Shown piece by piece: positions 1 to 14,200 of a stretch of 64,000 nt of DNA (its first letter is position 1; each line of letters opens with the position of its first letter). A program made the translations under genes and the position numbers. A model generated the notes under the pieces. That model did not search any database. It saw only the letters and a program-made list of their open reading frames with translations, and was not told the origin of the DNA. Origin of the DNA: Vitrella brassicaformis CCMP3155 (Eukaryota; Protista; Chromerida). The stretch spans positions 62,001-126,000 of the forward strand of contig CDMY01000592.1 of NCBI GenBank assembly GCA_001179505.1, written 5' to 3'.

Positions 1-1959
1 CCAAGCAGGACCTCAGGAAGAAGTGCTACTGCCCCTACCCTGAGTCAGCGAGCAGCACTGACACCACGCTCTGCACACACCCACTCCATCGCCGGTGTGT
101 TCTATGTGTCTGCTTCGGTTGGTGCAGCTGCGGAGAGGACCTGGGGGCGCAGCCATTCGACGCCGTCGAGTGAGCTCACTGACACACAAAGCGTCTCGTG
201 GCCCGTGATTGCCCGTCGACAAGTCTTTGTCTTTCGTGCGATAAATGAATGTCTGTAGGTCTGACCGGACGCTTCAGAATTTGGTCGACAAGTTGTTCCC
301 CGAGTTCGCTGAGCGCGAGAAGAAGGAAAGGGAGGGGCTGTACCGATTCTGTGGTCCGTCAGGAAGCCGGATAGATGGGATGAACGAACGAACATGCCGC
401 CAGGTGGACATGGGCGTGGTGGATGTGATGTTCGTTTGTGTAGGTCTCGATCATCTTCTGGAGGACTCACCGGGAGTGCCCGAACAAAACGGTGTGCTCA
501 CGCACACGCACGAACGAAGGAGCAGCGACTGTCCAAATGATGCAGTGTTGTTGGCTGTGCCGTGTTCTCCGACCGATGTGGTCAGGTTTGTCTGCCCCGG
601 CACCGAAGGAGAAGATTGGCGGCGGCGAGGCGACGGAAGAGCTGCACAAGATGCTCGTCAAGGGTATGGACACTCGCCATGCGTGAGAATCCACACAGAC
701 GCGTCGAGCATCGTGTCTGTATCCCACACAGGTCGTTACCGTGAGGTGCTCCAGTCAGACCTCACCTTCATGCTGCTGCCAAAGGACGAGTAAGGCGGAT
801 AAAGAAAGCCATACCAGATAGACCGATGGAGGAAAGAGGCTGGCAGTGTGGCAGACAGGCAGGCAGGCAGGCAATGTGTCGATTCTGTCTGTCTCGCGTG
901 GTGGCTGGGTGGCTGCAGTTCTCTGGGTCCGCTGTCCCGTCCTTACCTTCGGACCAACTCGCAGATGACCGTTGGCCATCTGATGAAGTACCTCGTCAAG
1001 AAAATGAACCTTCACGACACATCAGAGGTATGTGGAGAGGCAGGCAGGCACGATTGAGTGGTCTTCTTCCCTCTCCCTCACCACCACCCTCTGTTGCGTG
1101 CAGGTGCAGATCATGTGTGAGAAGCAGGTGTGCGCCAGGTCGCACACTCTCGAGTTCCTCAAGTGAGCCTACACACACCAACGCACCAACCCACCGACGT
1201 ATCCCCTCCATCCATCCATGCATCCATCCGAGTGTTTGTGTTTGTGTGTGTGTGTGTCGTTTGTTTCTTCTCAGCAAGACGCGCCGGATGGACCGGGACA
1301 AGTACATGGTGCTGCACTACCGCCGCATGGCCAAAGACAAGAGCCTCTGGGTCGCACCGCCCCCAAAGCCGCCACCGGTGGTCAGGAAGAAGTGGGCACG
1401 GAAGAACCCACCACAAGACAAGGCCGCAGCGGCAGCAGCAGCAGCCGCTGCCGCATCGGCGGGTGGAGCTGGGGAAGGTCGGGAGGGCGAGGGCGAGAAC
1501 GCGATCCCATCTCCCTCCCCATCGCCATCACCCGACGCCTCCCAGTCGCAGTCACAGTCTGCGAGGGAGGAACGGGAAAGCCCATCGCTCGACAACCAGA
1601 ATGCGGTGCAAGCGGAGGGCGAGGAGGAGGGTGAGGGTGAGGAGGCCTTCAATGGCGAGGCAGCTGACGGGCAGGAGGAGATGGCGGACGAGGCGAAGGA
1701 GGAAGATGAGGTGGTCGGAGCTCATGTGGATATCGACATGGGGGAGGGCGAGAGGGCGGAGGCGTCGCAGGAGGCAGCGGACGAGCCAATGCAGACGTCC
1801 CAGCAGGAGGAAGAGGAGCTGGGGAGGGGAGGGGGCGATCAAGTGGCAGAGGGCTCTGTGCAGCCAGATCAGCAGCAGGGGGGAGGGGGAGAGCGGTCGT
1901 CTCAGCAGCCAGTGGATGAGGACTGTGTGATGGATGACGGGGGCAGCACCGGCAGCTAG
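1..1959 (+). CDS. Polycomb group RING finger (PCGF/BMI1/PSC-like) protein with RING end, RAWUL domain and acidic tail; 5' part lies upstream of the window
   Basis: GT-AG splicing gives KKCYCPYPDCGEDLGAQPFDAVESDRTLQNLVDKLFPEFAEREKKERE, resembling the PCGF post-RING motif RSDKTLQDIVYKLVP. Later exons give LTFMLLPKD, RPYLRTNSQMTVGHLMKYLVKKMNL, VQIMCEKQVCARSHTLEFLK and YMVLHYRR, resembling the BMI1 RAWUL domain. Stop at 1957-1959. Confidence 0.8.
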
Positions 1960-2797
1960 GCTGTCTGCACTGACCAGAGAGGGAGGGAGGGAGGGACGGG
2001 GTAGATGCCCGCGTGGGCATCTATCTCATGCCCTCTCTGGAGACTCGGCCTCAGCATGAGTAGGTGTTTAACTAATGAACAGATTCGCTTTCACAGAAGC
2101 ATGGGCGACCAGCACATAAGCTGATCTAGAGTCGGCAATATATGTATAGTATTCCCACGCAGGCAAAGGCACAGGCAATCACGGAAACACAGGCGCACCA
2201 CACGACAGCAGCAGCCCCACACAAAGCGAACAGCCTATCAATGAACTGAATGAACGTGGAGTCGATTTGTTGTTTGATTTGGCCAGTTTGGTCACGCACG
2301 TGCTTCCGCCTCCCTCTTGTTTCCTCCTTCCTGTCCTCTTTGAGAAAAGGCTCGCAGATCGACATATCCGCTGCCTGCGAGCTTATGGCCTCTCCTCAAA
2401 CACCTTTTCCAGATGACGACAGGACTCGCTGATCTTCCTGTGTGGCCAGCAGATCTCTCCCCTTCGCCGCCTGCTGACTGAAGGACTGACTCGCTGATCT
2501 GACTCTCTGACTCTCACTGCGTCGCTCTGACTGCTGACCCGTCATCACCCACCCTGTCGCTGGTATTTTTGCTCTTGTGTCACCGCCTCAGCTACTCCCC
2601 AACGACCCCACCCACCTCTCAATCTCGGCGCAGAGATCCGGTGCGAGGAGGGAGGCGCGACGCAGCACGGCAGCCGGCTAGCTATGGGGTCTCATGAGAA
2701 TCGTCACCCAGTGACGGCCCTGCTGCCCCTCTGAGGAGACCTCTCGAGACAGATACAGCGCGACACATCAGACAAGCGCGCACCGACCGAGGGAGTG

Positions 2798-5039
2798 ATG
2801 CAGACGGAGGCAGAGGAGAGGGGGTACAGGCGGCGGTGGCGGCACGAGTCGGGTGCTCGTCAGCCGGTGCCGCCGGGTTCCCCCGGTCCTCACTGCGTGG
2901 GTGCGTTGCGCATGATCGGTCGGGTGGTGGAGGGTGTGGTGCATGAGATGGTGGAGGAGAGGTGGCATCCGCTGCCCCAGCCGGCCCCGCCTTCCTCGAG
3001 CAATGTGCTCAAGTCGGGATGGGTTTACAAGAAAAGCAGACACCTGGGACAGTGGAGATGGTAAGCAAAGCAACCAACACAACCAACCACTGATTGATAT
3101 ACCCACTGCACTTGTGAGGAACCATCACATTTGCTGTGTGTGTCGTGTTGTCATTCCGCTCGTGCAGGCGCTGGTTGGTGGTGACGTCGCGCGCTCTGTT
3201 GTTCTATCGCGAGCCATACCCCCTCCCTCCCCGCACCGGGCTCATATCGACGCCCATCGACACCGACAAGGGCACACCCGAGACGACAGACGCCGACGAC
3301 CCGCTGCAGCCGGGCGAGGTGGAGGTGGAGGGCCAGGGCGACGTCATCGAGTCGCCCCCGGTGGGCGGCAGGGGAGTGCGCGCGTGTCGCCGGCGCAAGC
3401 CCTTGAAACCCACTGAGTGGTTCTGGATGGAGGACGTCCTCGACTTCAGGACGGTCGAAGACGGCATCGAACTGGTAAGTGACACCAGGACAATACAACC
3501 ACACTCGCGAATCGCACGTGTTGTTTGTTGCTGGGTCGATCAGACGATCAATCGTCGCGTGCCCGAGCGGCAACCGAGGTGCCGTCAGCTGGCGTCCTCC
3601 CCCACCCTGTCGTGGCCCTCGGCCAGCCCATCGCCCACACCATTTGACTCGCCCCAGGGCGCCATCAGGCCCCTGCCTGAAAGGAGACAACTCATATTTG
3701 AGGACTTCAAGTGAGACAGACGCTCACAGACAGACACTGCTGCGCACGGAGAGCGGCGGACGACTCCCACTGTTTCTTTCTATCCGCTGTGCGTGTCTGT
3801 TTCTTTGTTTCTGTGTCAGTCACGACATCAGTTTCCGTCGTGCGATAGTGATGGCCAAGAACAAGCTGGAGATGAAGCGCAAGACCCAGCAGATGGGGTC
3901 CTTCATGTACCACTGCGACGCCCGCAGGCTCCAGCGGCCGCCACCCATCATCACATCCAAAAGCCACGGCCACTGCGTCGGTGTCGGTGTCCCACACCAC
4001 CCCTACCCCTTCTCACCGCCATCCATCTCAGTGGCCTCCCCCTCACCCCTCCCCCCTCCCCTACCACCACTGCCTGGCGCCGGCATGCTCTTCGAGACGC
4101 GAGAGGGCCGCCTGCAGGTGCGTGCGGTGAACAATTTTCTGTCTCTGTGCTGAACAATCGCTGTGTGTGTGTTGTCTTGTTTGTTTGACGCAGGTGCTCA
4201 CCACTCGGAGCGCCAGCAACCTCACCACGGCCGGCCTGGCGGACACTGGTGTGGGCCACAACACCTACACCTCCTTCCCCCGGATATCGGCGTCGCCCTT
4301 TACGCGCCGCAGGAAGACTGCCAACGCCAAGCTGCTCAGCGGCGGCGGGGGTGGCGAGACCATGGAACTCGAGACGCCCACGGACATGCCCCTCCACAAG
4401 CTGCCGTCGGTGGCCTCCCTGCCCCGACTGGCGTCACTCGTCAACCAGCAGGACACCGACGGCTGCCCGCCCTCGCCACCCCACTCACACTCGCCCTCCC
4501 CCTCCCCCTCTCCCTCCCCGGCTCCCTCTCCCCTGCCATGCCACGTCGCCTCTGCGTGTGGCCGCCCCGACGCACTGAGTGTCCACCACATTCACGACAG
4601 CGCCCTGCGATCGTCCAAGTCTTCAGAGTCCACCCTCTCTGTCGACTCGGACTCGACCGTCGCATCCAACGCCCCATGGGGCAGCAGCAGCTCCAACCGG
4701 CGCGACCTCCTGAGCGCGCCGCTTCTGTCCAAGAGGAGCCCTGACGGCACGCCCCGGTCGCTGGGCAGCTTCGGATCGCCCTGTGGGTCAAGCTGTGGGC
4801 GCATCAAGGGGGACGACGGCAGCAGCAGCAGCCTCGGCAACATCACGGGGGCGGGGATGGGCGTGGTGCGGCGTGAGATGTCTGCTGGCGGCTACACGAG
4901 GCTGCGCGACGACGGCGGGGACAGTGATGGAGAGGAGGAGGTGGGATCGCGCAGCTGCAGCGCACGGCGGGTGAGGCGCGTGATGGCGGCTGCTGAAAGG
5001 CCATTCGTGCCGTTTGGGGGGCTCGATGCCACCGAATGA
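2798..5039 (+). CDS. Multi-exon PH-domain protein with Ser/Pro-rich low-complexity C-terminus
   Basis: NVLKSGWVYKKSRHLGQWR / RWLVVTSRALLFYRE is a typical PH beta1-beta3 pattern. Exons are GT-AG bounded. The last exon lies in ORF 4167-5039. Confidence 0.65.
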
Positions 5040-5208
5040 ATCATGAGGGAGGGGGTGGACGGGGGAGTGAGTGAGGGGAGAGAGGGATCAAGCCGCGCTC
5101 CACGAGATGAAGCCCAGCCAAGTTTGTCTCGTCTTGGCTTGGCTTGGCTTGGTCTCCCACTTCGCCAGACTACTGCCGATTGCCTATGTATTTGCCTACA
5201 ATGTGCCA

Positions 5209-5240
<32 letters not shown>

Positions 5241-8200
5241 CCAGACAGAAATGAGTGCGTCCTGTGAGCGACCGATTGCCGTCCTTCCTCGGCAGACTGA
5301 CTAACTGACTGCCTGTGATGTTTGTCTCAAGGTGACTTAGTCGAAATGCTTGTTGCTTGCTTGTGTGCCTGCGTGTCTGCCTTGCCTTCATGTCTGAGTG
5401 TGCGCCTTTGTTCAACCAGACCTGCCCCTTTCTGTCTGCCTGCCTGCCTGCTCAGCCACCGACAGGGGAGGGAGGGAGGGAGGGAGGGAGGGCTCCTCTG
5501 CCCGCCTGCTTGCCTGGCTGCTTGCTTGCTTGCTGTGTGCCAAACAATGACCGAATGTGCTGCCTAACTGCCTGACTGCCTGACTGCCTGCCTGACTGAC
5601 TGACTGGATGGACGGCATTTTGTGACGGCTGCTGATTTCATTTCACGCCCACAGCAAGACACACCTATCGCTTTCAAAGAACCGGAGCAAAGGACAGGAA
5701 GGAGCCAAGGCATTTTGGCCATTTGTTTGCTTGGAGGAAGAGCGCGCACACACAGAGAGCGAGGGAGAGAGAGGGGGAAGGACGGCAGCTGAGGCGAGGC
5801 GACGTGTTCACCTGATCGTATGCCTGCTTTCACCAGGACTGACTGACTGACTGGCTCGCCGCGCACACACACTCACGCTCACGCTCACGCTCACGCAAGG
5901 GGGGGCTGTGCCGGGGCGAATTGGCGGACGCGATGGCACCGACGGGCGGATGGACAACACACACACACACACGCAAACACACACATGTACCTACCTGATC
6001 AGACTAGAGAGGGGCGGGAGGGAGGGAGGGAATGGACGAGTGAGGTACCGTGCCATACCAAGCCACACATTGCACTGCACCGCACACGCCGCGAGAGAGG
6101 CCGGCATTTTACTTGCCTGCCTGCAAGGGGGGCAGGGCAGGTCAGTGCATCCGTCGACATGACATGATGTGTGTCCACCCACACACACCACACACCTGCC
6201 TGTTCGTTCCATCACACCACACCAACTCACCCACTCTCCCACTCACTCACTACCCTCGTCTGTATGTGCCCTGATGCCCTGTCTACAGCCCCTGCAGAAG
6301 TCATTTCTGCCTTCCTGCCCGCCTGTGTCTTGTGTGTGGGTGACGTGTGTATGTGTGGACGTCTCTCTCTCTCTCGCTCTCTCTCTGGGTGTGTGTATGT
6401 CTGGGCAGCAGCTTGCCGCCGTGTCCCATCCCATCTATAAGTGGAATTGTTTTGCTCTCTCTGCTAGGGCAGAGGGAGGCAGGGAGGGAGGTGGTGTTCC
6501 TTTGTTTACTCGTTTGTCCGTCTGTGTGCCTGCCTGCTGATGATGATGATGGAACATGCCACGTGATTGCGAGTACGTTTGTGTCTGTCTGTCTGTCTGT
6601 CTGCCACGTCATACTTGCAAGTCACATCAATCATACCGTTGCGCGTACCGTTGCGCGTAGATAAGATTGACCAGCAGCGAAAGGCCCCAAGACTTTTTGT
6701 CTGCCGCCTGCTGCTCTTTTGATGACTGGTGGGCGAGTGCGTTTTTTTCCTCTCTGTCTCTGTCTCCCTCTCTCTGTCTGTCGGCGAGTTGTGGCCGGCG
6801 GGACAGCACGGCGCGCAGGTAGGGTGGGATATCGATCGATGTGCATCCATCATTTTGAGAAGAAGAAAAGAGCAGAGAAGGCCCTCTGTCTGGGTAATTC
6901 GCAGCAAGATTTGCGCCACATCCGCCCACTCAGCCATCTACCCACCCATACACACATCCAGCCATCCATCCATGGAGCCATCCCACGCCACTCATGCCAC
7001 TCATGCCACATCACACGCCTTCGTGCCCGTTTTCGTTGATTTGATGGATACCGTTGCTTGCTTACGTAAATGGCATTTCTTTCTTTACTGTCACGTCCGT
7101 CTGTATGAGTGAGTATGCGATGCGGCTCGCCCCATGCAGAGCGGCACTGGGCTGTCTGTCGATCGACTGGTCGACTGACTGTCTGTCTGACTTGTGTGTG
7201 TTGCGTTTAGATACCTTTCTGGGTGGGGTGGGGTGGGTGTCTAGCTGTTTGCAGTGAGGGAGGGAGTTCAACGGGGAGGGGGGCCGTTTGTTTGCTATGT
7301 TATTCACCCATTAGTCAGTCAATCCATCCATCCATCCATTCAAGCATCCAGATCGCTCGGGTCGATGATCGATCCCCATAGGTCTTCCTTTTTCTTCTTC
7401 GTGATGAGGGCGTTAATTCCGACCGACCGCCTGAGTGATCCATTTGTATGTGTGTGACTTTGCTGAGAGCTCTCTCCCTCCCTCCCGCATCGCCTGCCTT
7501 GTCTGTCTGTCTGCTCGTCCGTCTGTCTGTCCGTCTGTCTGGATGGATGGCTTTCTCTCTCTGTATGTCACCGAAAGAGACCCCACAACGATGCAGTTAG
7601 TCGGTCTAACACGCACAAGTCCGCACACATGCACCCACGAAGGGCACGGCACGGCACACTACGATCATGCTACGGCAGGCACACAGCACGGCAGCATTGC
7701 ACTCCATTGCACGGCATTGGATGGCGTTGGTTGGCGCTGACTGACAAGTGGGTGGGATGGCCCGTCTTTCAACACAAGAGGGGGGGGAGGGGTTGAGGGC
7801 GGGGCGGGCGGAGGGGCTGGGTGGGCGCACGGCACACCATTCATCCATTCACTGTCTTGTCTCTTACCTATCGGTAGGGCGGGGCGGGGTGGGGTGGGCT
7901 CTGCATGACATACGCGAGCTCTGACACGACACACGCTCACATGGCATACTTGACACAAACTGCCAAACCATGCAATCTGCCGATCTATTTCATACGGGCC
8001 TTCCTCTCTATGTGTACGTGTACGTGTGTGTGTACGTGTGTGTGCATGGGTGTCGGCTGCTCTGGCCGACCGCTGTATCTTTTTTCACTCGGTGGTAACA
8101 TGCATACATCCTATCTGCTGCTGCTGCTGCTGCCGACCGACTGGCTGCATGTACATGCGTCTGTCTGTGGTGTGTGGTGTTTATGCGTCATGTGCGTAAC

Positions 8201-11200
8201 TGACTGGTGTGCTGCTGGGGTTGGGCGGTGGGGGAGGGGGAGTGAAGTGCGGGTGAACGGGAGCATAGTCAAATCTTGTGTGTGTACAGGCAGAATGAGC
8301 GCAGGATGGAAAAAGGAAGGAATGAGAAAGGATTGATTTGACCTGACGACTTGGCGTGAAGTTTGTCCGTCTGTCCGTTCGTTTGTTCGACGGTGCCCTC
8401 TTTTGTCTTTGTCTCTTCTCATTTCTTTCTCTCTGTCTCTCTCTTGCTCTGGTGGGGTGCGGACACTCAGACACGTCCGCCCCCGCCGTCCTCACCTCTG
8501 ACTGTTTGCTGCACAAGTCCCCTTCATGCTCACTTTCCGGCTTTGTACCTACTTGATGCGTACACACACATTCATATACACACACATGCGTACATGCGTA
8601 CATGTGTACATCCCTTTTTCACCCTCACTATGTGCGTACGTGTGAGTAACGCCCTACCGCACCGGCCGGCCGGGCTGCCTGACTGCCTGACTGTCAAGCG
8701 CACTCCCTTCCCTCTCTCCCCCTCCTCCCTCCCGCCCCTTTCTCTGTATGGACGCCACGCCTGCCTCCTGCGCACGCCTCCCGGCCTCCCTGTGAACAAA
8801 CCTCTCGCGTCGATCGATCGACATGCGTATTATTATGTGTGTGCATTTCTTCTGTCTGTCTCTCACTGGTTGATTGACGACTGGCTTGATAGAGCTCGGA
8901 TCCATCGCCTCTTTTTTCGGACGGAAGGCAGGGACGAAGGGAGGCTCGCTCGTGTGCTCGTGTGCGGAGTGCCAACGACGGACGACTCGACGGATGGGCT
9001 GGATGGCTGGAAAGACTGCGATCGTATGAGTGCCCTTGGCCGTACGGTGGATGGATGTGGCTGCCTGTGTGCCCGGCTGCCTGCCTCCCTGGGAGGCTGG
9101 TGAACTGTCTTGCGTACATATGATATCAGATCAGATCGTAGGAGTCCATGCGGGTTGTGGGTAGACAGAATGAATGGATTGGGCTGCACACAAGGAGGGA
9201 TGGCTGTTGTGTTTTGCGTCACCACCTACCCACTCCCTCTTCTCAGAGGCCTCACTTGCGCCACTTTCCCGGCTGTGTGTGTGCTGTGCGCGTCGCGCCC
9301 TGCCTTCTTGGTCCTCATGAGCATCGATCGCTTGGCGCATACAACACATGGCATCCATCGCTGGGTTTACTCACTCATTTTACGCACTCACTCAGTCACT
9401 CAGTCACTCAGCCGTCCACTCACTCCTCTCTCCAGAGGTTTTACTGGTTTAAGCCTCTTTCTTTCTACCTTCATTGGTTGGCTGGTTGCTTGCTTGCTTG
9501 CTGCTGTCTTACACTCATTCACTCATTCACTCACTCCCTGACTCACTCACCACGGCTGGTGGATTGCTGCTGTAGTGACACTGTCTGCCTTGACTGCATG
9601 AATGGATGAATGGCCTAGTCGTGTGTGTGGCGTGTCGTGTGTCGTGAGCCGTTTGCCGTGTGTCGTGCTGCCTATCTCTCTCGTGTGCCTTTCCTCCCTC
9701 CCTGCCTCCGTCCCTCTTCGTACACACCACCCCACACCATGTTGATTGATTGCTAGTTAGTGCATGCCCACCGATCGCTGCCCACCTCCATCCATCATTC
9801 CATCCACAGCACAGAAGGACACCTAGATTGACCGACTTACTGACTGACTGACTGACTGACAGAGAGAGAGAGAGAGAGAGGTGAGGGAGGAAGAAGTTTG
9901 TTCAGGAGCCTTTTTGCCGTCCGTTCGTCAGTCAATCATTTTGATCGATTCACCGATTGTCGACTGTTTCACTAACTCTATCTATATGTCTGTCTCTTTC
10001 TCTCCCTCTCTGTGTCTGTGTGTGTGTATATGGTATGCCTCTCTGTTTACGCCATCTCGTTTACCCCCAATGCCCTACCTCCGTCTCTCTCTCTCTCTCC
10101 TTGCTGCAGCAGTGGTAGTGATTGCCGGCAGCCGGCCCCTCTAGTCAGTTGTGTGTGTTGTGTCTTGTGTCCTGGGGCCCTGCCGGCCTGCACATGCAGG
10201 GAGGGAGGAAGGGAGGGAGGGGAGGGCAGGAAAGCTGTGTTTGTTGTCCATATTGTGCCTCCTTGCTCATCCTCCTTCGGTTGCTTCATTTGCGCGTCCT
10301 TTGCGCTGCTCTCTCCCCACTCGTTTCTGCGCACCGTACCGCACCCGAGGGCGTGAACTCTATCTATCTGTCTATCCGTCTGTGTGTGTCCGTGATGTCG
10401 GCGGGGGGGTGGATTTTCATTGCACATCCATCTGGGCTCCATGGGGGGCGGGGGTATGGACACTCACTGTCTGTCTGTCTGTCTGGTATACCATAATCTC
10501 TATGGAATCGATCTCTCAGATGCGACACGCACGCGATCTCTTTTTCTGCGCCCACCCCACAATCCCTCCCTCCCTCACTCCCTCCCTCCGTCCTATTTCT
10601 CCCGCACTCAGTCAGCCTCTCACTCAGCCAGCTGCTTCCTAGACTCACTTGACAAACAGCCACACGGAGGGCGGGAGGGGGAGGGGGATGAGGGGAGGGA
10701 GGCTATGGTGGGGTGGGGCAAGCGTACAATGGCTGCCGGTGCTGGTGTGATGTGCTGTGCTGCATGCCCTGATGAGTGCACCAGCTGAGATGACTGGTGA
10801 TGACTGACTGACTGACTGACTGCATCCATTGCGTGCGTGGCTCGTTTGAGAGCGATCGACTGGGGGGTGCAGGTGCGTACGTACACCTACCTAACCTACC
10901 TATACACGTGACTGACTGACCGAGTGACCGAGTGAGTGAGCGAGCGACGGCGGCCGCTTGCTTTCTTCTCATCTCATTGCCTGCCTGCCTGCCTCGCTGC
11001 CTGATTGGTGGATTGTTCTTTTGTCAAGAGTCTACGCCATGATGTGATGCTCCCTGCATCTGTTCTGCTCTTATCGCGCAAGCGGCGGTCTCCATNNNNN
11101 NNNNNNNNNNNNNNNNNNNNNNNNNNNNNNNNNNNNNNNNNNNNNNNNNNNNNNNNNNNNNNNNNNNNNNNNNNNNNNNNNNNNNNNNNNNNNNNNNNNN

Positions 11201-14200
11201 NNNNNNNNNNNNNNNNNNNNNNNNNNNNNNNNNNNNNNNNNNNNNNNNNNNNNNNNNNNNNNNNNNNNNNNNNNNNNNNNNNNNNNNNNNNNNNNNNNNN
11301 NNNNNNNNNNNNNNNNNNNNNNNNNNNNNNNNNNNNNNNNNNNNNNNNNNNNNNNNNNNNNNNNNNNNNNNNNNNNNNNNNNNNNNNNNNNNNNNTGTCG
11401 TGTTGTAATTGACGAGTGATGCGATGCACACCCAGGTTGCGACCAACAAGACCAGACACTTCTGATGACGTGCGTGCGTGTGTGTGTGTGTGTGTGTGCC
11501 CCTTTTCTAAGCACCGGGGGCAGAGGGAGTCTCTGATCTCTGTTTGTACTTTCCTCCTCGACTACATCCCCCTATCTGCCGCCCTGTCTGCAGAGCAGCC
11601 AGAGCAGCCAGGTCAGTCAGTCAGTCAGTCGTGTGTAACACGAGCGTCACGTGAGACCGCCTCCCCTCAACAGAAAGTGGCGCGCGGCCTCATGTGGTGC
11701 TGGTGTGGGTCAGACTTGAAACCTGGTGGGCGTAGACGTGCTCTCTCCTCTCCCTCTCACCCTCCCCCCTACCCCTCTGTGTGTGGGGCTGGCTGCACAC
11801 TCGTGCACGCCCATTTGCCCTACCAGGTTGTGCAGTGCAGGTTGTGAATGAGTGAGGCCTTTTTGACGATTTGACGAATGAGCCGACGACGCACACCCAC
11901 CCACATGGAGAGAGGCACTCGCCACATCCCGTCCCATCCCATCCCACACACCCTCCCACATGACCCACACGATGCTGACTGAGAGAATGAATGCATAATC
12001 GATGCAGGAATTTGTTTACACACGGTAGGCCGGTAGGTAGGTAGGTGTCAGGGGCGGAGGGAGGGAGGAAGGGGGAGGGGAGGGGGCAGGGGCGATGAGA
12101 GGACGGCTGGCTGGTTTGACGGAAGTTTTCTTTTTTGTGCGTGTGCGCGCTGCGTGCCGCCTGTTGCGCATTGTGTCATGTATCATGTATTGTGTGTTGC
12201 TTTAGCGAGAGAGATAGAGTGAGGAGTGATTGAGTGCAGGTGCGTTTTTGGCTTGACACGGCTTCCCCTGCATGTCTCTCTCTCTCTCTCTCTGTGTGTG
12301 TCTCTCTCTCTCTCTGTCGCTGTCTATCCGTATCTATATCTCTACCAGTCTGCCTTCCTCGCTGTCATCCGTCACGCACAGAACAGCCTGTGTGTGGCGG
12401 ATGGGCGTCTCTCTCTCTCGTGTGTCTGTCTGTCTGTCTGTGTATCGGCTCCATATGTGGCAATCAATAACTGTGTGGTCGTCGAAATTTTTCTACACCT
12501 CTGCGCTCTTTTAACCCCGACGGCTGGTGCCCTTCCTCCCTCCGTCACTCCGTCGATCCCATACCCACCTGCTGTGTACGTCTGTATGCCTCTGTGTGTG
12601 TGTGTCTGTCAGTCTGGGCGGACCAGAGCCTTTCCTTCGTACGTACTCACATCGGTTGGTTGGTTGTCCCTTCGCTGGTCGATCCCTCTTTGTTTACGTT
12701 TGTGTGAGAGAGAGAGTGTGTCTGTTTTTGTGTATCCGTGTCTGCATGTGCCCCATCAGCTGCCCGCCTTTCTGCCTGCCTGCCTGCCTGCCTGTCTTTC
12801 TGTCTGTCTGCCTGCCTGGGTGTGGGTGTGTGTGGGTATTTCCACATGGGTGCACTCAGCAACCAGCAAAGAGGAAAGACGCCACCACCACCACCAGACA
12901 GCGGGCGGGCGAGCCGAGAGGAGACGGGGGGCAGGCTGAAAGATGAATCAACGGCCGTCCACACGCCTCCGTCCTCTCTCCCCTCCTCCACCCACACTTC
13001 TCTATCTCTGTGTGTGTCTCTGCCGTTTTGAAGAAGGAAGGTCCGAACAGCGCCCTCCTCCGGGGCGCAGGCAATCTAGCACTGTCTGGGATGGGAGGGA
13101 GGGGGAGGGGTTGTGATGGATCGATGGCTGGGGGTTTAATGGGGGAGAAGGTTGGTTGAGGGGGGAGGGGGTGGCTGGCTGATGCTCTCGGGAAGAAAGG
13201 AAGATGATGCGGTTTTGGTTTTGTTTTCACCGTCTCGATCTGTCTGTCCACTGTACATGGCATTTTTCCAGTCATCACCAAAGGGCGGTTTTACTTGCCT
13301 TTAGTTTGCCACATGCACTCTCTCACCGATCAGCTCCTTGCTCGTACCTGCTGCATTTCGTTGCCTTGCGCTTGGATGTGTTGTGTTGTGTTGTTGTTGT
13401 TGTTGTTGTTGCCGTTTTGTGTGCGGACGATCGTATGGCTATCCCATCTCTGCTGCCGCTCCCTCGGTCGACTGGTCGTTGCCTGGTTGAGTCCTCTGGT
13501 ATTTTCTCTAGTCGCGGGTCGCTGGCTGGCTGGCTGTCGGTTGCCAGCCTGGTCTGGCCGATGGATAGATGCCTCTCACCCACAACCAGTAAGGCCTCCT
13601 CTCTGTATGTGTGGGCTGCTGTTGTTGCTGCTAATGTGGGTGCTGCCGTTGTTGCTCTTTTTATGGGGCCACATGTGCCGATACACTGACAGCGTGCATC
13701 GACAAACGATGCATGCGGCTGATTGGTACTTTTCTGTGCCTGCCTGCCTGCCTGCCTGCCGTGTGTGTGGGGAGGGGTGGGGGTGACTGAGTGTGTCTGT
13801 CTGGCGCATGGAGTCGCCCATACACACACACACAGATCTCTGCGATACATGTCGTCGATTGTGTACTATACTCACTGCCTGTCTGTCTGCCTCTCTGGTG
13901 GCCTTCCGTACCGATGGAAGAGAAGAAAAAACACACGAGACCGGCCGATCAATCAAGTACTTGCCGACACACATCACACACACGGGGGGCGCGCCGCAGG
14001 GTAAAGTACGAGTAGCGAACTGAAATGGCTTCGCGGAGTGTTGTGAATGAATGGTGTGTGCTGGTCGATCTCTCGTCGGCCAAGACAATCAAGTGAAATG
14101 AAATGAGAGGAATGCGCCCCGTCGATTCGTTCTTTTTTCTGTATCCCCTCGCTGTCTGGCTGTGTGTGTGGCTGTGTGTGTGTGTGGCGGGCGGCATTCG

